Assembly (NCBI GenBank): GCA_000004985.1
Contig: GG738918.1
Reading direction: 5' to 3' (one strand)
Length of the DNA stretch: 64,000 bases
Origin: Naegleria gruberi
Lineage: Eukaryota
Shown: positions 21,886 to 31,049 of the stretch, in pieces
Position numbering within the stretch: position 1 is the stretch's first letter
Layout of the letters: every line of letters starts with the position of its first letter
Notes under the pieces: model-generated
Database searches by the model: none
What the model was told of the DNA's origin: nothing
The model's input: only the letters and a program-made list of their open reading frames with translations
Translations under genes and position numbers: made by a program

Positions 21886-23403
21886 ATGCCAAAAGAGAAG
21901 GGGAGAGGTAATGGTGTGGAGAGTAAAGTTGCATGTTTGGCCTGTCGTCGTGCTCATAAAAAATGTGATAGAAAATTACCTTCATGTGCTAGATGTTCTT
22001 CAAAGGGATGGTCATGTAATTATGATCAAATAGATCGGAGGTTTAAACCAGTTGAGGTAATGAATGAATTGAATAATGATGTTGGAAATTCAAATGTTGA
22101 GTTTAATCATCAGGATGGAATGAATATTGTTGACAATCAGGTGGTGGAGGTGAATGAAAATTGGATTCAACATTCAATGACGGAGGAAACTATTAGAATA
22201 TATAAGGAGGTTATCTATGTGGGAGTTCCTTGCTTCTCAAATGAAGATTATGCCAACATGTTGAGGATGTCTGTGAAGGAAATGAATGAAACTAGGAAGG
22301 ATATTCTTGCATTGCTATTGTCAATTCAGTGCTTGTGTGAGAATATGTGGGGATTTCTCCCAGCTGCTCAGAGAACTGCTGAAAAATCAAGGGATGTACT
22401 AAGGATTGTTTATGAGGATTTTGGAAATCCGTTTGTTGCTTCTTCATTCCTTAATTTGTCATCGTTTTATTCTGTCATTGGAAATGTAGAGATGGCAAAA
22501 GGATACTTGGCAATAATAGAACATTTTTGCTCAAAACTAGAACAGGATTCTACCAGACACGTATTAATAGAAAAGTATAATTGTAAGGTTGATCCAATTT
22601 CTTTCAAAGCTTTTTCAGCATTAGTTGAGATCAACTGTTCTGATTCATACCCTATACCAGATATTGTTTCCCTGAAAAAGTTATATGGTGCCATTTCAGA
22701 TGTTAGCCAGTTAGTTTACAATTTAGATTCTTCACTTGAAAAGAGGATTGAGGGTATGACGTTATTTGTTGCTATGGCAATTAATGAAACATCAGAAAGA
22801 CCTAAATCAGAACTTTCAACCCATATTCTCGATATATGTCTCAAAATATTTGTTAATGGATTGAATATTGTTAGGGCAATTATTAATGGATCCAAATATT
22901 CAGAACCTAGTTTATTGGACGAGAATACCAAAATAATGGAATATTATGCCTATGAAATTACAAAGTTATGTCAAGATCCAGCGTCAGTGGTAGTGCCACC
23001 ATATGTCACTTCTTTTATAGTCACAGCCACAAAGTTAAATTTTGAAATTTTCAAATCTATTGTTAAGGGTGATAGAAAAAATAATCAAAATACGATTATT
23101 ATGAGAGAAGATGGAAGTATTGAACCTTCTATGGAAACAGTTGACTATCATAGTGTTATGATGATTGAATTGAATACTTTGAAACAATTGAGTAAGAGAT
23201 ATCCGTATGTTCACAAAATATTTGAAGAGGTGAATGATTTTATCATGAATAATGGAAAAGAATCAATGATTAGAAATACTAACAACAACAACAACGACAT
23301 TCAACATTTTATTAATCTGCTATATGAAGAACCTTCAGATATTTACAGTGAAATGAAAAAATTTATAGATAATTTGAAAAAGACAACAACCACTAATCTA
23401 TAA
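21886..23403 (+). CDS. Zn(II)2Cys6 (fungal-type binuclear zinc cluster) transcription factor
   Basis: 'ataaaaaaATG'. N-terminal 'CLACRRAHKKCDRKLPSCARCSSKGWSCNY' fits CX2CX6CX6CX2CX6C exactly. 505 codons, no intron needed. Confidence 0.8.
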   Translation: MPKEKGRGNGVESKVACLACRRAHKKCDRKLPSCARCSSKGWSCNYDQIDRRFKPVEVMNELNNDVGNSNVEFNHQDGMNIVDNQVVEVNENWIQHSMTEETIRIYKEVIYVGVPCFSNEDYANMLRMSVKEMNETRKDILALLLSIQCLCENMWGFLPAAQRTAEKSRDVLRIVYEDFGNPFVASSFLNLSSFYSVIGNVEMAKGYLAIIEHFCSKLEQDSTRHVLIEKYNCKVDPISFKAFSALVEINCSDSYPIPDIVSLKKLYGAISDVSQLVYNLDSSLEKRIEGMTLFVAMAINETSERPKSELSTHILDICLKIFVNGLNIVRAIINGSKYSEPSLLDENTKIMEYYAYEITKLCQDPASVVVPPYVTSFIVTATKLNFEIFKSIVKGDRKNNQNTIIMREDGSIEPSMETVDYHSVMMIELNTLKQLSKRYPYVHKIFEEVNDFIMNNGKESMIRNTNNNNNDIQHFINLLYEEPSDIYSEMKKFIDNLKKTTTTNL

Positions 23404-23516
23404 TAATCAAAAATTCCCATATTTTAACAACTCATTATGCCACGAAAAAGGAATTGAGTTTCATGTAAACATTCTTATGGGATAGAAAGATTACGACCCA
23501 AAAATTGCTGGCCACG

Positions 23517-25010
23517 TTATTGCAACAGATTTTGTCTCAATTCTTGGATAGAATCAATATAATACTGAGGATTAGTGACATTCACAATTAATACACCTGA
23601 ATTGTAAAATTCATCACCATCTCCTAACTTTACCATCAGTTCAGCTCTGTACTTATTCAATCCATTACCCTCCCAAATTACTGATCTTGTCCAAATATTT
23701 GAAATGTCCCCCAATGAAATACTGAACACATCAAGAAAAAGTCCTCCTCTTTCCATGATAATTATCCGCCTGTTGGTAAGAATGTAGTGAGCTACTGCTG
23801 GTAATTTAAAACTAAATGCTACAAGCATAAAAATCAACATTCCAATGGGACATAGTGTTATCAACGAAATTGTTTGAAAGACAATCCCTCCAACTAGACC
23901 AATAACTAAACCAGGAACAAATGTTATAAAAGGTATCACAAATAAAAAGATTAACCATTTTGAATATGAGGTCCCAGTAATTGTTGCTACAAAGTTATAA
24001 CTCAACAATTCATATGAAACAATCTCCTCATCGGACTGTAATACAGTTGCAAGTAATTCTCTTTCCTTTTCTCCAACCTTTCCATTAATTTCCACTTGTC
24101 CGTTCACATGTTTAAAGAGAGATTCCTGCTCTGGAGTGTATTCATGTTTTCCACCATTGGCTACATACAATTCCTGTAAAACTACTCTTTTTCTGAAAGA
24201 GTTTACAATTTCTTGATTTTGCCTTAATAGTTCAGCCTCTTCTTTAGAAAGTGCGAATCTCTTCTTCATTACAAACACAGCAATGACAAATCCAATTGCT
24301 AAGCATGGTAAAATGATAATAGAAGTAATAATTGATGCCATATTCGAGGTAAATACTGCATTATCATAATACATTGGAGAAACAAGCTTGAATTGATATT
24401 CCTGATTATCAATCATGAAAACTCTATCTCTACCAAGTGTCAAATTATTGAGAAATGGACTCTTCTCTGTTAAATAATACAATGTTCCACTAGTCCCATT
24501 ATTTGGAAATGATAATCTGAAACATTTCAATGTCATTTCCTCACTCTCTGAATAACAAAAATCATTACATGACACATTTCCATAATAGAAATTCCATGTT
24601 TCATGAGAGTATTTCGAAATTTGATGCCAATAAACACGATGAATTGTAACATTTAGCAATGGAACTGAATATCCATCTTCATATCGAACAATATTTGGCC
24701 GAATCATTACTGAACAGTTATTCATCATGCAATTTCTCATTCCCTTCACTTCATCCACTCCATAAGAATTCATCACATCCCATCGGAGTGTAACAACAAA
24801 TACCAAAGATGCAACACTCAAAATTATCAAAGTTAAAAACAAGTGAAATGATCGATCATATTTTTCTAATCTCTTAATATAGGGAGAGGGTGGAACTTGG
24901 CTTCTTGTAATTAAATTGAGAATTGGGAGTAATCCATTTGGATGTAATAATCGATGGACGATTGGAGAAGAATCTCCGTAGTAGAGATTTTCATACTGAT
25001 GTGTTTCCAT
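23517..25010 (-). CDS. Multi-pass membrane protein with a Cys/N-glycosite-rich ectodomain and a C-terminal TM-hairpin plus PH-like (YdbS/YdbT-type) module
   Basis: 497-codon ORF with an A-run before the ATG at 25010. TM segments 'FHLFLTLIILSVASLVFVVTL', 'IITSIIILPCLAIGFVIAVFVM', 'WLIFLFVIPFITFVPGLVIGLVGGIVF' and 'ITLCPIGMLIFMLVAF'. These are followed by 'HYILTNRRIIIMERGGLFLDVFSISLGDISNIWT'. Confidence 0.6.
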   Translation of the reverse strand: METHQYENLYYGDSSPIVHRLLHPNGLLPILNLITRSQVPPSPYIKRLEKYDRSFHLFLTLIILSVASLVFVVTLRWDVMNSYGVDEVKGMRNCMMNNCSVMIRPNIVRYEDGYSVPLLNVTIHRVYWHQISKYSHETWNFYYGNVSCNDFCYSESEEMTLKCFRLSFPNNGTSGTLYYLTEKSPFLNNLTLGRDRVFMIDNQEYQFKLVSPMYYDNAVFTSNMASIITSIIILPCLAIGFVIAVFVMKKRFALSKEEAELLRQNQEIVNSFRKRVVLQELYVANGGKHEYTPEQESLFKHVNGQVEINGKVGEKERELLATVLQSDEEIVSYELLSYNFVATITGTSYSKWLIFLFVIPFITFVPGLVIGLVGGIVFQTISLITLCPIGMLIFMLVAFSFKLPAVAHYILTNRRIIIMERGGLFLDVFSISLGDISNIWTRSVIWEGNGLNKYRAELMVKLGDGDEFYNSGVLIVNVTNPQYYIDSIQELRQNLLQ

Positions 25011-25397
25011 ATTTTTTTTTGAATTGATTTTGATAGTAATGTGGACAGCTGTGATGATTTATTGTAATAATTGGTTTCTAATTCACTTCCATTTTTTTTA
25101 ATTTAAAAAATAATTAAATAAAAAGAAATCCTAAAAAGGATCAATATCTGAAAATAAATAATCTAATCAATCCCAAGAATATCATTTAACAAGCTACTCT
25201 TTGAATTAAACTATTGAGTTCGTTACTATTTAATAATTTCCTTAATTGATTGATTAATACGCCAATATTAAGATTAAAATTGATTGGATGGTAATTGTAT
25301 TGTTTTTACGATCGTAAAAAACTCTAATTACTGTTCATCACATTTATTTAAATTTGAACACCCACTAAACACTACCAGGAATTGAAACTCTTAAAAA

Positions 25398-26798
25398 ATG
25401 TTTAAACCACTGAAATATGTTCATCCACTAGCAGGACTTTCGTTCAAACTCTTTCGTTCTTCTCCTTTGAAGAATAAAACCCATAATACTACTACTACTA
25501 CTAATTTGAAGAACAACCTTAATAATACTATTAAACAATTATCACAAGATCTTTATGATCTATTTGATCCTTCTAATATGAAATGTGTTAGAGATTTTGA
25601 AACTTGTGATGAGTTAGAATTTCTATTAAGTAATAAAAGTACAATCTATTTTAATAGTGAAGAATTGGATAATTATAAAACAAGTATAAAATCAGAACAA
25701 GAAAATATTCACAAACAAGAAATATTCAATTCAATTAATTTTACTAATAGGAATCCAAAATGTTTACATGAAGTTGATTATTGGTTTATTGATAATTTGT
25801 TATATTTTAATTATCGTGAATGGTCACATGAATATACTCTTTCTATTTTACCATTTAGTAGATTATTACCAGAAGTTATTGAAATTCTAAAAATAGATGG
25901 TAATATAAATGGAAATATTTTAGATTTTATTGTAAATAAATTACAATTACAAGAAGAAAAAATAATTTTAATTAGTCAAATTAAAGGATTATTACCAAAA
26001 TTATCAACTTTTGATATTGAAGTATTAATTGAATGGATTATTAGAAATTTATTTTTTAAAACAGATATTTCTAAAATTCCACAATTTTTAAAAGAAATTA
26101 AAATTAATAATCAAATAATTAAACAAGAAGATGAAATTAAAGATTATAATTTAATAATTAATGAAGAATTAAAAACATATATATTATCATGTGCAAGTGC
26201 TAGATTAATTGATCATAAATATAAAGAAGCTTATCATGAATGTCTATATTTAGAAAAAAACAATTATGATAAAAATATTATTAAAAGTATTCCTAAATTT
26301 TTAAAAGACAATTTAAAATATCATATTCCAAAAGCGGAAAATAATGATAAAATTATTACTATAAATGAAAGACCTTATAATTTTAGTCAAACTCATAAAA
26401 TGATTAATTTTACAATTAATTTTACAGATGATGAAATAACATTTTTAGATTTTGAACCCATTTATTACATGATGGCAAAAATAATTGATTATTACAATAA
26501 GAATATTAGATCTATTGAATGGCCAACTAATTTGGATAATTTAAATGATGATGAATCTAAAATTGATGCTATTTTTGATGATTTATTTTATTATAAAATT
26601 ACAGTTTCACAATTATTTAGATGGATTGAAAGTATTGAATTACAATTTAGTGAAGGAAAACAAATTTGGTTTCATTTTACAATTGTAATTAATAGTCAAT
26701 TGTTTCCTTTTATTGATATGAGTTATGGAACAATGCAAATGGTATTTTCTAGAGGACATGAAAATATGACTTGTTGTTTTACTGATGTTCAATTTTAA
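25398..26798 (+). CDS. Hypothetical protein (N/I/K-rich, no recognisable domain)
   Basis: 466-codon ORF with 'cttaaaaaATG'. Its length is far beyond chance in AT-rich DNA. Confidence 0.55.
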   Translation: MFKPLKYVHPLAGLSFKLFRSSPLKNKTHNTTTTTNLKNNLNNTIKQLSQDLYDLFDPSNMKCVRDFETCDELEFLLSNKSTIYFNSEELDNYKTSIKSEQENIHKQEIFNSINFTNRNPKCLHEVDYWFIDNLLYFNYREWSHEYTLSILPFSRLLPEVIEILKIDGNINGNILDFIVNKLQLQEEKIILISQIKGLLPKLSTFDIEVLIEWIIRNLFFKTDISKIPQFLKEIKINNQIIKQEDEIKDYNLIINEELKTYILSCASARLIDHKYKEAYHECLYLEKNNYDKNIIKSIPKFLKDNLKYHIPKAENNDKIITINERPYNFSQTHKMINFTINFTDDEITFLDFEPIYYMMAKIIDYYNKNIRSIEWPTNLDNLNDDESKIDAIFDDLFYYKITVSQLFRWIESIELQFSEGKQIWFHFTIVINSQLFPFIDMSYGTMQMVFSRGHENMTCCFTDVQF

Positions 26799-26876
26799 AT
26801 ATTTTCTAAACTCTTTAATAAAAGAAGAATTTATTGTAAAGTATTTAAATATTTGATGATCAAAATTTAAAAAAAA

Positions 26877-28238
26877 ATGGGTGAAGTGATTCATGTACAA
26901 GTTGGAGGGTGTGGCAATCATATTGGTTATCAATTTTATGAAAGAATTGCCAAACATGAACATTCAATTCTTCCCAATGGTGAAAAAAGCCTAACTCGTA
27001 ATCATGAAAATATTTACACTGATATTGATGAAGAAAATTACTATACAAATGTATTCTTTGAAGAGAGTAAGAGTGGTCGATGGTCTCCGAGGGCTGTTTT
27101 AGCAGATTTGGAGCCTTATTCCATAGATCAAATACAACAATTAGAATATGGAAGAATATTTAAGAGCGAATATAATGCAATTTATCAGTATGGTGCTGGA
27201 GGAAATTGGGCAAAAGGGCACTATACGATTGGAGCTGAATGTGTGGATAATGTTATGGAGGTAGTGAGGAAACAAGCTGAAAATTGTGGGAACTTACAAG
27301 GATTTCAATTGATGCATTCGTTGGGAGGAGGATCAGGATCAGGTTGGGGTACTCTGGTGATATCTAAACTGAGAGAGGAGTATCCTGATAAGATTGTTTC
27401 TAGTTGTTCTGTTTTTCCTTCTTTGAAAGCATCATCTACAAATCCTGTTGAGGCCTATAATTGTGTTTTGGCTTTTCACCAATTGATTGAGAATACAGAT
27501 TTCGTATCATGTTTTGATAATGAAGCTCTGATTGAAATACAATCAAAATTGAATCTAACCAATGAAGGTTTTAGTGCAATTAATAGAATAATTGCAAAGG
27601 TTATGTCTGATGTAACCTGTTCATTTCGGTTTCCTTCCCATTTAGGGTATAATTTAAGAAAGCTTGCCACCAATTTGATACCTTTTCCTAGACTCCACTT
27701 TGCAACAATTTCACACACTCCAATTAGTGCTGATAGTAATAATTCCTCAAAGAATATATCAGAACTATTCCAAAATTTGACATCTCCAAATAATGTCATG
27801 TGTGGCTGTGATCCTAGAAGTGGTCGGTATATGGCTGCCATTGCTTTATTCAGAGGCTCTATGACATTGAAAGAAGTGAATGATGTTGCTTCATCTGTTT
27901 CCAATAAGAATTCTTCTAATTGGGTTGATTGGATGCCACCCAATTTAAAATCAAATGTTTGTAAGAAGAAATCAGGTGATTTTGAGTCGGCTACTCTCAT
28001 TGCAAACTCCACATCTATTCGATTCTTGCTCACCAATATTGAAAATCGATTCGATAACTTATTCAAAAGGAAAGCGTATCTTCACAACTTGTGTTATGAA
28101 GGAATGGATGAAATGGAATTTTCAGAGGCACAACATAATCTTAATGATATCATAACTGAATACAAGTGTTACGGAGACGAAATTCTTGACGATTTCGATG
28201 ATAGTAACCTTGATCTTTCTTCTAAGGACTTGATATAA
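26877..28238 (+). CDS. Tubulin-superfamily protein, a highly divergent beta-tubulin-like paralogue
   Basis: 'aaaaaaaaATG'. 'MGEVIHVQVGGCGNHIG', 'GAGGNWAKGHYTIGAE', 'LQGFQLMHSLGGGSGSGWGTLVISKLREEYPDKI', 'FRFPSHLGYNLRKLATNLIPFPRLHF', 'RKAYLHNLCYEGMDEMEFSEAQHNLNDIITEY'. It is collinear with beta-tubulin over its whole length but roughly 40-45% identical by eye. Confidence 0.85.
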   Translation: MGEVIHVQVGGCGNHIGYQFYERIAKHEHSILPNGEKSLTRNHENIYTDIDEENYYTNVFFEESKSGRWSPRAVLADLEPYSIDQIQQLEYGRIFKSEYNAIYQYGAGGNWAKGHYTIGAECVDNVMEVVRKQAENCGNLQGFQLMHSLGGGSGSGWGTLVISKLREEYPDKIVSSCSVFPSLKASSTNPVEAYNCVLAFHQLIENTDFVSCFDNEALIEIQSKLNLTNEGFSAINRIIAKVMSDVTCSFRFPSHLGYNLRKLATNLIPFPRLHFATISHTPISADSNNSSKNISELFQNLTSPNNVMCGCDPRSGRYMAAIALFRGSMTLKEVNDVASSVSNKNSSNWVDWMPPNLKSNVCKKKSGDFESATLIANSTSIRFLLTNIENRFDNLFKRKAYLHNLCYEGMDEMEFSEAQHNLNDIITEYKCYGDEILDDFDDSNLDLSSKDLI

Positions 28239-28471
28239 GAGATGGAATATTTTAAAATTTAGTATTTGGATTATTTACATTATTCAAAAAAATTACCATG
28301 AATTCCGATTATAAGGAGGAAAGTTTGAGGGACAATTAGTCTTCCTTAAACGAGCCATTAATATGTTGAAACAGCAGAAACCTTTCTAGCTCTAATAATT
28401 ATCCGTTACAATATTTGGACCCATTCCTTAGTGATTAAACATTTTACAGGAATAATAAATATTAATTTGGT

Positions 28472-29173
28472 TTATTCGAGTTTTTGATAGGTTGGAGTTT
28501 GTTGATAATAATTGACTGGATTTTCAGTTGTGGTAATTGGTCTATTTGCTGAAGCTGCTGCACAACAAACACATCCACAAACACCAAGACAAATAAGTAC
28601 TGGAATGAGGAATGAGGCAACCAAAATCAAAAGTCCAATAATTACTGAGGCAACAATAACTCCAATAATCCAATTAGGAAGTATTGATGTAACAGAAGCT
28701 GTCAAAACATAATCATTAGTATTTGTACTCTCTCCATAAACAGTAATATAAATAGGCAAAGTAGAATTATCAATTGTTTGAGAAGAATATTGAGATGCAA
28801 TTTTGTAATCGTAATGATAAGGTGTTGGCATTGATCCTTCTTTAGCATAAACAGTTACAGAGGATGATGAGGAAGGAAGTTTGAATGAAAGAATCAATGT
28901 ACTGTAAGGTGGCATTGTAATTGAATATAGATCAAATGATCCATATGAAACAGAGCCAGAAACTACCTGTCCTTCAGGAGAAAGTATTACTGTACCCGAT
29001 TGTTGAATACTTCTACTAGAATCGGAATGAATCAATCGATCAACTTGACTCAATAATTTAGTGACGATATTATTATTAGCCAACGTTCCTTGTATTGCAA
29101 TAAATAATACAGCAACCAATACAACCAAAACTTTCAAGCTTGAAAGAAAACCTTCGTTAATTCTTCTTTTCAT
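28472..29173 (-). CDS. Type I membrane protein: signal peptide, beta-rich ectodomain, TM helix with a Cys-cluster at its cytosolic end
   Basis: 233-codon ORF with an A-run before the ATG at 29173. Signal/anchor 'LKVLVVLVAVLFIAIQG'. C-terminal TM 'WIIGVIVASVIIGLLILVASFLIPVLICLGVCGCVCCAAA'. Confidence 0.6.
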   Translation of the reverse strand: MKRRINEGFLSSLKVLVVLVAVLFIAIQGTLANNNIVTKLLSQVDRLIHSDSSRSIQQSGTVILSPEGQVVSGSVSYGSFDLYSITMPPYSTLILSFKLPSSSSSVTVYAKEGSMPTPYHYDYKIASQYSSQTIDNSTLPIYITVYGESTNTNDYVLTASVTSILPNWIIGVIVASVIIGLLILVASFLIPVLICLGVCGCVCCAAASANRPITTTENPVNYYQQTPTYQKLE

Positions 29174-29582
29174 TTTTTTGTAAATTGAAATGATCTAAAA
29201 CTAATTTGGAACTTAAGCTCGAAGAAATCAACAAAAAATCTGAAACCAACATTGGGTCTTTACCCATCCAGGCATGAGTGTTTCATCATTCCAATTGAAT
29301 AGGGACATTAGGTATTTTTTCTAATTATTTTTGGCATTGCAATTTAGGTTTGACTTGTTCATGGGGACCACAAACAATTTTGTAACAAATTGGTCAAAAA
29401 AGGCGTAAAAAAAATCATGTTGTGTTTGCTCTTGAATACAATTAAGGATGGTTGATTGATCGGAAGGCTTTGGAGTGTCGAAGCCTTGAATTTAAAATAA
29501 TTCATGAAATGCGTAACATACATCATCTCTACCTCCTCTGCTATTGATCATCAGCCTTCAATCAAAATATATTATCGCTTCG

Positions 29583-29597
29583 TTTTGGCGCGATTTT
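29583..29597. promoter_or_regulatory. E2F-like motif (TTTTGGCGCGATTTT) in the divergent promoter between 29173 and 29832
   Basis: Contains TTTGGCGC, which matches the TTTSSCGC consensus, in a GC-poor spacer. This is a motif match only. Confidence 0.2.
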
Positions 29598-29831
29598 GCT
29601 TGTTTTTTAAAATTTAATACGAAAAACAATTTGATGAAGAAAAACAAAATTGTTTTACACTGCAAAGCTTACTGTAAATCAATTTAATGTTTTTATCTGC
29701 AAACATGTTTATTTAATTCGTTATTGAATCTGTACTATCTGGTTGACTTGAAGAATATTTGAACAAACAAGAAGAACAGCAACGCGGGAGTTTAAAATTA
29801 GAAGAAAAAAAATATCATCACGTCCAACACC

Positions 29832-31031
29832 ATGATGAACAAGAGAAACGCTGGCGGAATTGAAAAGCAAGTGGTGTGGAGGAAGAGATTCAAGATCGAG
29901 AAGGAGCAGATTAATAATATTTGCAATTATCTGACCGATGGAAAATTCACTGATATTTCAAATTCTTCAAAACGTAGAACGCAGAAAAAGAAGAAGAGAA
30001 TTGATGAAGAGGAAATAGTTGAAACTAAAAATCCATCATCACCAGGTGGATTAGATGTCTATGAAAACACAAAATACTATGAATCGATAAGTAACTTTGC
30101 TTCACAATGGATAATTTCGCAAGAGGAATTAAATCACTTGGCTGAACAAGTCCAAGCTGAAGACAAGGAGCAACGACTAAAAGATCGCCTTTCTGAGGAG
30201 TATGAAATACAACAACGTCTAAAAGAAAAGGAAGTTAATCATCTTTCCTCTTTACTTCAGTCCTCTAGGAAAACATTATCATCTTTGGCGGAATTGTTAG
30301 AGCAAACAAAACCTACAATGATCAAACCAGAAGTTGATCCATTGCCTCTTCAACCAACAACAGCAACAGCTGTTTCTACACCACCTCCTCGTCAAACAAG
30401 TTCAACTGCTACCAATGCTAATGCTAATAATATTACAACAACAGCGATGGAACAAAGGGAGTTACCTAATAATTCAACAACAACAAATAGTAATATTCCT
30501 TCACCATTCGCTGCTAAACCTCCTCCAATGGCTAATAATCAATCAGCTATGAATACTAATCCTCCTATTATTGGCACTAGTAACATGACAACAAATCATC
30601 AACCACCACTTATTTCACCAGATTCTGCTTCAAATTCTACAACGAATAGTGTTCAACCAACTCAACCACCACCTTCACATCAACAAGGAAGTACAACCCC
30701 ATCCTCCTCTCTAAGTAATCAATCTAGTCTTCAAATCAAAGAAATACCCGACCATTCTCCACCACCTCCATACTATCCACCTTCATCTAGTTTACCATCT
30801 CACAGTCCTCACGTTAATGCATCAAATAGTATGATGATGAATAATTCACAACAAAGGCATTCATATCACAATCATTCTAGGTACCAACAACCTCCTCCAC
30901 CTCCACATCATCCACCTAATATGTGTGCACCTCCAATAGTACCTCCTTATATGCCACCACATCACTATCACAATCCATATCCTCAATATCCATACATTAA
31001 TCATAATGATAGACAAAGAAGAAAGAGGTGA
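29832..31031 (+). CDS. Hypothetical low-complexity protein with an N-terminal coiled coil and a P/Q/S/T/N-rich C-terminal half
   Basis: 399-codon ORF. 'EDKEQRLKDRLSEEYEIQQRLKEKEVNHLSSLLQ' is followed by a proline-rich tail ('PPPPYYPPSS', 'QQPPPPPHHPP'). Confidence 0.55.
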   Translation: MMNKRNAGGIEKQVVWRKRFKIEKEQINNICNYLTDGKFTDISNSSKRRTQKKKKRIDEEEIVETKNPSSPGGLDVYENTKYYESISNFASQWIISQEELNHLAEQVQAEDKEQRLKDRLSEEYEIQQRLKEKEVNHLSSLLQSSRKTLSSLAELLEQTKPTMIKPEVDPLPLQPTTATAVSTPPPRQTSSTATNANANNITTTAMEQRELPNNSTTTNSNIPSPFAAKPPPMANNQSAMNTNPPIIGTSNMTTNHQPPLISPDSASNSTTNSVQPTQPPPSHQQGSTTPSSSLSNQSSLQIKEIPDHSPPPPYYPPSSSLPSHSPHVNASNSMMMNNSQQRHSYHNHSRYQQPPPPPHHPPNMCAPPIVPPYMPPHHYHNPYPQYPYINHNDRQRRKR

Positions 31032-31049
31032 GATTTGTAAATAAACCAT

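Noticed and set aside
27476-28066. 196-codon ORF antisense to the tubulin gene.
   Set aside because: The plus strand carries unambiguous tubulin homology, and the antisense product has no recognisable features.
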